Notes under the pieces: model-generated
Seen by the model: the letters and a program-made list of their open reading frames with translations, nothing else
Told to the model about the DNA's origin: nothing
Databases searched by the model: none
DNA from: the human T2T-CHM13v2.0 reference genome, Homo sapiens
Reading direction: 5' to 3' (one strand)
Assembly (NCBI RefSeq): GCF_009914755.1
Contig: NC_060927.1
Length of the DNA stretch: 64,000 nt
Part shown: positions 53,990 through 64,000 of the stretch, piece after piece
Layout: each line of letters opens with the position of its first letter
Position numbering within the stretch: position 1 is the stretch's first letter
Program-made: the position numbers and the translations under genes

Positions 53990-54810
53990 GTTGTCTTTTT
54001 TTGCTCTTTATATTTCTAGGGCCTAGCATGGTATAGATGTTCAACCTGTGTTTGTTGACTGACTGAGTGAATGGAGAAAGAGGGAAATGCAAAAGAAAGA
54101 AGGAAAGGAGGAGGATGGATATGAACTCTGAGACAATTCTTTGACTGCCTGCATCTGACATGGACTTGTATGGAAAGAAGCAGATGGGTTTAAGCAAAGG
54201 TAGGGAAATTAGCTCAGCTGGACTTCAGGCATGATTAGAGGAAGAAGTCCAGGATGTTTTGTGAGCCTCCCAGTAGAAGGATGGCGTTGATGGCATCACC
54301 ATCTAGGTAGGGAGCCCAGAAGGACATGCACGTTTAGGAGGATAAGTGCAGTCTAATTTTAGACAGGGCTGTGAGACCTCCAGGTGTAAACATCCAGCTT
54401 GTACTAGGATATGTGGGTCTAGTGCTTGCGAGAGAAGCTGGGGCTAGAAATGGAAACTCTATTGTTATAGGAGAAAGGTGATAAGTAGCATGGTAATCCA
54501 TAAGCTTCTCCAGGGAGAGTGGGGAGGATGAGGAGAGGAGGAGGCTGCTGACAGAGTCGTGGGGAGCATCAACATGTAAGGACTGGGCAGAGGGAAATAA
54601 CTCAGGTGAGGAGGCTGAGATGAGAATCCAAAGAAGTAGGAGAAGAACAGGAGAGGCAAGGAAAGAAAGCTTCAGGAGAGAGTGAGTTCAGTGGGGTCAG
54701 ATAAGGGAAAAAGATCAAGAAATATAAAAACTGAAGTGTCCTTTGAATTTGGCAAATGGCGGTCACTTGTGGCCTTTGCTGGAAGAGTTTCATTAGAGAA
54801 GTGGGAGGAG
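53990..54810. mobile_element. L2 fragments
   Basis: gggcctagcatgg...tgtttgttgactgactgagtgaatg; ttgaatttggcaaatggcggtcac. Confidence 0.65.
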
Positions 54811-55021
54811 AAACAGGTTGTGCTGTGTCATCAGTGGTGGTGAGCTAAATCCAAGTAAATGTGCTAGACTGAATCTCGAAACCCACTTTTTTTCAGATGC
54901 CTAGCCTTGAGGGGTGGAGACAGGTTGGCCGATGAGATCATGGGGTGGATTTGGGGGATAGGAAATAGTTGACTCAATAAACTAAGAGAAGGAATCTGAA
55001 GACAGATTTAATTGTGGGAGA

Positions 55022-55154
55022 GGCCAGGTATGGTGGCTCATGCCTGTAATCCCAGCACTTTGTGAGGCCAAACCAGGAGAATCACTTGAGGCCAGGAGTT
55101 TGGGACCAACCTGGGCAACACAGTGAGACCCCTATCTCTAAAAAAAAAAAAAAA
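55022..55154 (+). mobile_element. FLAM/Alu monomer
   Basis: TSD aattgtgggaga. Confidence 0.9.
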
Positions 55155-55330
55155 TTGTGGGAGAAAGGGGAGATAATGGATGAATAAGGTTTTGGAGGAA
55201 ATGGAAGAATGTACAAATACCAGCAATACTGATTAGTCCTGCTAATACTGGTGCTAGCAAACACTTACAGAGCCCCTTCTATGTGCTGAGAGCTTTTCTA
55301 AGTACTTAACATACATTTGGCTCATTTAAT

Positions 55331-55937
<607 letters not shown>

Positions 55938-56051
55938 TCATTTATTCTTTCTAACAATCCTATGAGGTAGGTGCTGTAATCACCTAATTTTACAGTTGAG
56001 GAAACAGAGGCACTGAGAAGTGAAGTAATTACCATCATTACCATGTATTGA

Positions 56052-56383
<332 letters not shown>

Positions 56384-56767
56384 TGATAAGGTACTACATG
56401 AAGAATTCACAAGTCTTACTCCTGACAACTCTGCGATGTATTCGGAGATGAGTTTTACATAGCAGGTAGAGCAAGGACACGGTGAGAGGCAGTGAGAACA
56501 CAGATGGAGAGTTTGCCTCAGGCTCTGATTCTAGAGGGAGGGATGGATGTGGGTTCAGAGACGGTTGTGGACTTCAGGGAGGGAGGGGGAGAAAGCAGTA
56601 GGAATTTGAGGCAGTTCAGGGCAATGGGTTTGATTTCTTTGGTAACGTAGAGAAGGAACACATTTATTGTAGAAAACACAGGTAGTGATAAAAGAAAACA
56701 AGAGTATTTTAATATCAATCCCTTGTCACAACCACTCTTAACATTTTGCTGTGTTTCTTTCCAGAAC

Positions 56768-57107
<340 letters not shown>

Positions 57108-57571
57108 TAACAGAGAGAGGTCAGTCCTTCCTTCTGATGGAGAGGTTAAGAGTCAAAATAAACAGACCCAGAAGCTGGGGGTGGGGTGGGAGTAGGGCCT
57201 CCTGGCATCACTGAGGGGAGCATGTAGCAGATGGGTGCCCAGTGAGTGGCCCAGTTGTCTGAGGAAAATGGTGTGGGGTATGAAGACTCCCTTTGTGTTT
57301 AGAGCATGTAGAAGACCAGCCCGCAGGTCCCTGAGAGAGGATATAGGAGAGATGGAGGTGAGTGGCTATGACTGCAAGAAGGGGAAGGGGCTGGACTTTG
57401 TCCTGCCCCCATACCTGTGGGTCAGCCTTGGGACCCTCTTTGACCCTTCGAAGAACCCACAGGAATCGATGGAGCCAAGCACCCAGGCTGCGCCTTTACC
57501 TTTCAGGCCTGTTCTCCAGAAGCAAGATCACTGCTTTGATGAAGATGGGCTCCTGCTGTCCAGGCCCTTCA

Positions 57572-57634
57572 CTTAATAATGTATTGTAAATCTTAATAAT
57601 GTATTGTAAATCTTAATAATGTATTGTAAATCTT
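57572..57634 (+). repeat. Three perfect copies of the 20-mer CTTAATAATGTATTGTAAAT
   Basis: Direct reading. Confidence 0.97.
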
Positions 57635-58853
57635 GTAAATCTTTTTCCATTTCATTCAGTGTTTGCTGCGCATCAGGATGTTTGGTGGACATTCCATTGT
57701 GGATGGACCCTGGCTTCTTGCCCAACCGCTTATGTTGGAAATGCCCACCAGACTGGACCTCCCTGGAGACCAAACGCAGCCCATCTTGGGAGCTGGCCAG
57801 TGCCACATCCTCCCCCTCTTGCAGGGACCAGCTGAGTCAGTTGCTCCATCTCGCACCTCTCAACGCCTTCCTGTGTGGCACTGGACCACCTGTGGAAGCC
57901 CTGGCATGCCTTGCTACCATAGCTCGCAGAAGTTATGGAGAAAAGGAGGCCCACACAGACTGAGAAAACACCAAGGCGAGGGCATGGCTGGGATCCCAGC
58001 GCAGGATCCCCGTTCTTCTGCAGTCACAGTCTTGGCTGAACTGAGCCCTTTCCTCCCAGTGTTTGGCTTGGATGCTAGACCAGGTGAGTCAGCCGTCCTG
58101 GCGCACTCTTTTGAGCTGAAAGTCACATCCAGATGGGGCTCTTGCCAGAAGGGCAGAATTATCGATCTCGTCTTCCCAGCCCGCTCTCTGAAACTAGGTC
58201 CCAGAACGTGTCCTGTGGGGAAGTGGGCAATGACAAGCCATAGGAGCTGACATAGATCAGCTCTAAGTAGCACGGAGCCTCTCATAGTCACCCAGGGTCT
58301 GGGCCCTCAAGCGAGAGACACACTTCTCTATGTGTCCTCAGATTCTTGGGCTTGAGCATGCACCTCCCAGAGGATGCCAGATAGACCTGGTTGGAATCCC
58401 AGCTTCATCACTGGCCAGTTGGGTGACCTTGGCCTTACCTCTCTGGGCCCTCAGAGATGAATTATTCTCATCTTAAAAATGGAAAATGTTGTCTGAGCTT
58501 ATGAAGATAAAAAGGTCAATGCATATAAATAGAATAATAGGGCCTTAAAATTTCCACTAGACACTAATATGCACCATAGATGTGAAGATCCAAAGTGAGA
58601 GCCCGAGTCACCTTATGGAAGATTTTCTATGGAAATGCCAAAAAATCTGATCCAAGACTTTGAAACCCCTTTCCCACTTTGAGACACTGAAAATGTAGAC
58701 AGACAGGTGATGGGAGGATGTTGTATGGCGGATGTCCTTGAAGAAAGCTGTGCTGTGAGTCCCATCCTGGGGACAGGTGAGCTCCTGCTCCCTTACCTCA
58801 CACTTGGTAAGGGTGAGTGTCTGTGGGGCAGCTTCTTTAAGAGTCTAACATGA

Positions 58854-59406
<553 letters not shown>

Positions 59407-60306
59407 TCACTGGGACCAGCCTGCACCCTCAGAGTTTTTTCTGGGGTAGGGAGGCAGGAGAGTTTCTTCTGAACAGACGTAGGTCCTGTGGCAGAGAGAG
59501 CCTGCAAGGACTCCCTGTCTTGAGTCTATGTAGAGGGATCCTAGCGGGAGAAGGTTGGAACTGAATGCCCATGGGCTGAGGATGGGGTCTCAGATGACCA
59601 CCCGAAATGAGATTGGACTTGAGACACATCCATAGATAAAAGAGGATTTTGGGAGAAAGGCTGAGGCGGCACTCAGCCGGTAACTTGAGTGGAGGGGGTG
59701 TAAAATCACTCCATGAAAAAGAGGCAAAATTTAACATCTGCCTGCCAAGACAGTCTGAAGCCAATTCTATGGTAACTGGCTCGGGGAGGCCAAGTGGAAC
59801 GAGAGAGAAGACAAAGCCCTCTCCATTGTGTCCACTGGAGGTTCCCAGCTGGCCAGGCACAAGCTGGGGGAAGAGAGAAGGATGTAAGGTAAAAATAAGC
59901 TCAGAGTTTTGATGAATACCTCACATTAAAGTTCCAATTTCTGGCTTGAGACTGCGTTTGCAACTAAAAGCAACCACAGACTATTCTAAGCATGAGCAGA
60001 AAAATCTCAGGCCTGCTGAAATTGGCATCCAGGCTGGGGAGGGTGTCCTATTCTGAATAATTATGATGCAAAGAAATAGCACACTGGTTACTTAAGGCTC
60101 AGCAGCTTGGCAGCTGGGACACGCACAGCAATAGCTCTTTGTTTCACTGCCCCAGTCACCTGATGGTCTTTGGTTCACAGACTACTCTTTCTCTAGCTCA
60201 TAGATTATTCCTTGAAGGATGTTTGTCTGAATATCAAGGTCAAGTTCTCTTAGCAAACGCCACTTCTTACCACTGATTATCTTGAGCCTAATTTCCCTAG
60301 AAGTCA

Positions 60307-60603
<297 letters not shown>

Positions 60604-61320
60604 GAAGTCAGATAACCTCCCTGATGGATACTATCCTGAGAGAGAGAAGAACATGCCATGTTTTTTTCTCTGTTCCAGACAGCGGCAGTGCTACCCAAGA
60701 ATCAGGCCAGGAGATGGAACCAGGCAGGCTGGCTTCTGCCTCTTAGAAGTCATGTGGCCCCATGGACAGACTTAAGCTCTCTGCCCTACTAGCTGGTCAT
60801 CTGTAAAACAGTTGATAGTAATAATGTGTATCTCATAGGGTTAAGAGTATGTAATAAAATTATCTATTAGGTTCAACCCTAGAAATCCCTAACATTCAAC
60901 CATTTTTTACTCTACAAAAATAGCAGTTTCTAATGATTCATCCAAATATGTAAACAATGCTTTGCAACCTCTCCATTGCTAGTTATTGTGTTAGACAAAA
61001 CAAAACAGCAGTAACAACAAAATGTTTCCATCCGTGCTCCGAATAATGAGTCTCCAGAATTCTGTTTCCAGGAATGTCTCAAGGAGCCTGGTGAGTTGTA
61101 AAGCAGCCACGATCGACAGCTCAAGACCTGTGAATGCTCAAGACCTTCCTGGTTTCCTTGCTAGATTTTCCCAGTGCCCAGAGAGCTCACTGTCTCTCTT
61201 CTGGGCCTCACTGCAAAAACAAGCACAACCTGTGCCTCAAACACAAAAAACTCTCAATCATATTCTGAAATTTCACTACACTGCATCTCAATGGATGTTT
61301 ATTGCATTCATCCTGCTTAA

Positions 61321-62000
<680 letters not shown>

Positions 62001-62110
62001 ATGTGTGTGTATATATATATACACATTATATATATATACATTATATATATATACACACACATTATATATATATACATTATATATATATACACACATTATA
62101 TATATATATG
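62001..62110 (+). repeat. (TA)n/(CA)n compound repeat
   Basis: Direct reading. Confidence 0.95.
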
Positions 62111-62935
62111 GCTTGTCAGGTTGATAAATTTGACTATATAAAAATTAAAAACTTGTGTATGAGAAAAGACTATATAAATGCAATAGAAAAAAGAGTTAAA
62201 GAGGAAGTTCACAGAAAAAGTGTCCCAAATGTCTAATAGACCGTGAAGGATAATCAGCCTTAGCAGAAATCAGGGTCATGCAAATTAAAATTATAGTGAG
62301 GTATAATTTCTCACCTATGAAATTGGAAAAGCTAAAAAGTCTGAAAATAATAAGTATTGGTGAGGATAAGGAAAATAGGAAGAGCTGTATACTGCTCGTG
62401 GAAGTATAAATAGAAGAGTAATTTGGCAGAATCTAGTAAAATAGGAAATGTGCAAATCCTATCATTTTGTAATTTTTCTAGATATACACTTGGAGAAACC
62501 TTCATCTATGTGCAGAAGGCAATATGTACTATTATTATATTGTTTCATTGTTTCGTGATGGTAAAAATTTGGAACTACTGCATAAGTCCATCTATAAATA
62601 AAGCACTATATAAAAATGTGGTATAGTTAGTTGTACAGTGAAATGTTCTATAGCAGTGTGCAGAAATTAACTGGCTGTTTATAAATGTGGAGAAAGCCAA
62701 AACTTATAGTGCTGAGTGAAAATAGCTAGTTGCAGAACCCTACATACAGTATGTTATTACTTAAAGCCACATACAAAGGCATCATATATATTATATACAT
62801 TCTTATACTGTGTATTGTATTGGAAAAGTATATACAAATTTATGATGGTGGTTGCTGCCCTAAGGGAAAGGGAGGAGATTGGGGTCAGTAAGACCATTAG
62901 CCTTGTTTGTAATGTTTTATTTCTTTTAAAACATT
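62110..62935 (+). mobile_element. Old L1M(E) 3' region
   Basis: atgcaaattaaaa...tattggtgaggat...ttggca..atctagtaaa. Confidence 0.75.
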
Positions 62936-62940
62936 AATTG

Positions 62941-63236
<296 letters not shown>

Positions 63237-63659
63237 TTAATTGAAGCACATGTAGTAAAACAATAAATTGTCAGTATTGATTGGTGGTAACATAGTATTA
63301 TATTATTTGCTGTTCTATTTTGTAACTTTAACATTTAAAAAATTCTATTCTGTTTTCTTCTTCTGGAACATCCATTAGAGGGATGTTGGAACTTCAGAAT
63401 GTATTTTTCATATCTCTTAAATATATTAATTTATATTTTTCTTTTCTCATGCTGCATTCCAGAAGGGTCTCTCAGCTCAATTTTCCAGCTCAGTAATTCT
63501 TTTTATCTAACCTCTTTTTTGTTTTCCTTTTATAATACTGTTTTTATCATATTGTTAAAATAGTCACTGGTCAGTGTTTGTGTTTACAAAACCATTTTTG
63601 TTAAGACTTTGTCCCCTCTTTTGTCTGTCTATGTGAAGATGTTAGGAAGAAATGAAGCC

Positions 63660-63959
<300 letters not shown>

Positions 63960-64000
63960 CTACCTCATATATACACACACACACATACACACACACACAC

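Noticed and set aside
57572-57634. CRISPR-like direct repeats
   Set aside because: No spacers, eukaryotic context; a plain tandem repeat.
57573-58291. Cluster of overlapping ORFs (up to 195 aa) in unique DNA
   Set aside because: No recognisable domain, consistent codon bias or splice framework; blastx would be needed to revisit.

Overview
Human-like, Alu-dense genomic DNA containing the THPO-CHRD locus (recognised from the protein sequences; chr3q27 by established knowledge). THPO (thrombopoietin, minus strand) has 5 coding exons summing to 1062 nt = 353 aa, with a uORF-rich 5' leader. It lies head-to-head across a CpG island with CHRD (chordin, plus strand), whose 23 coding exons I could walk through with GT-AG boundaries, summing to 2868 nt = 955 aa. 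The remaining ~43 kb is intergenic: about 45 Alu copies or fragments, MIR, L2 and old L1 remnants, MER41-like, MLT2 and MLT1 LTRs, MER2 and MER5A DNA transposons, and microsatellites. Almost all ORF-track entries outside the two genes are Alu or low-complexity artefacts. I see no clearly new biological system. The best leads are: (1) an unidentified decayed coding sequence at ~26350-26850 (-); (2) a possible decayed SPATA31/FAM75-like sequence at 1-1960 (-); (3) CHRD exons 13-14 flanked by inverted Alus, which would form a 378-nt circle with an endless ORF; (4) the multi-frame and uORF architecture of THPO; and (5) an Alu with 29 extra nt inside its target-site duplication. Repeat boundaries are approximate and subfamily calls are from memory of consensus sequences.
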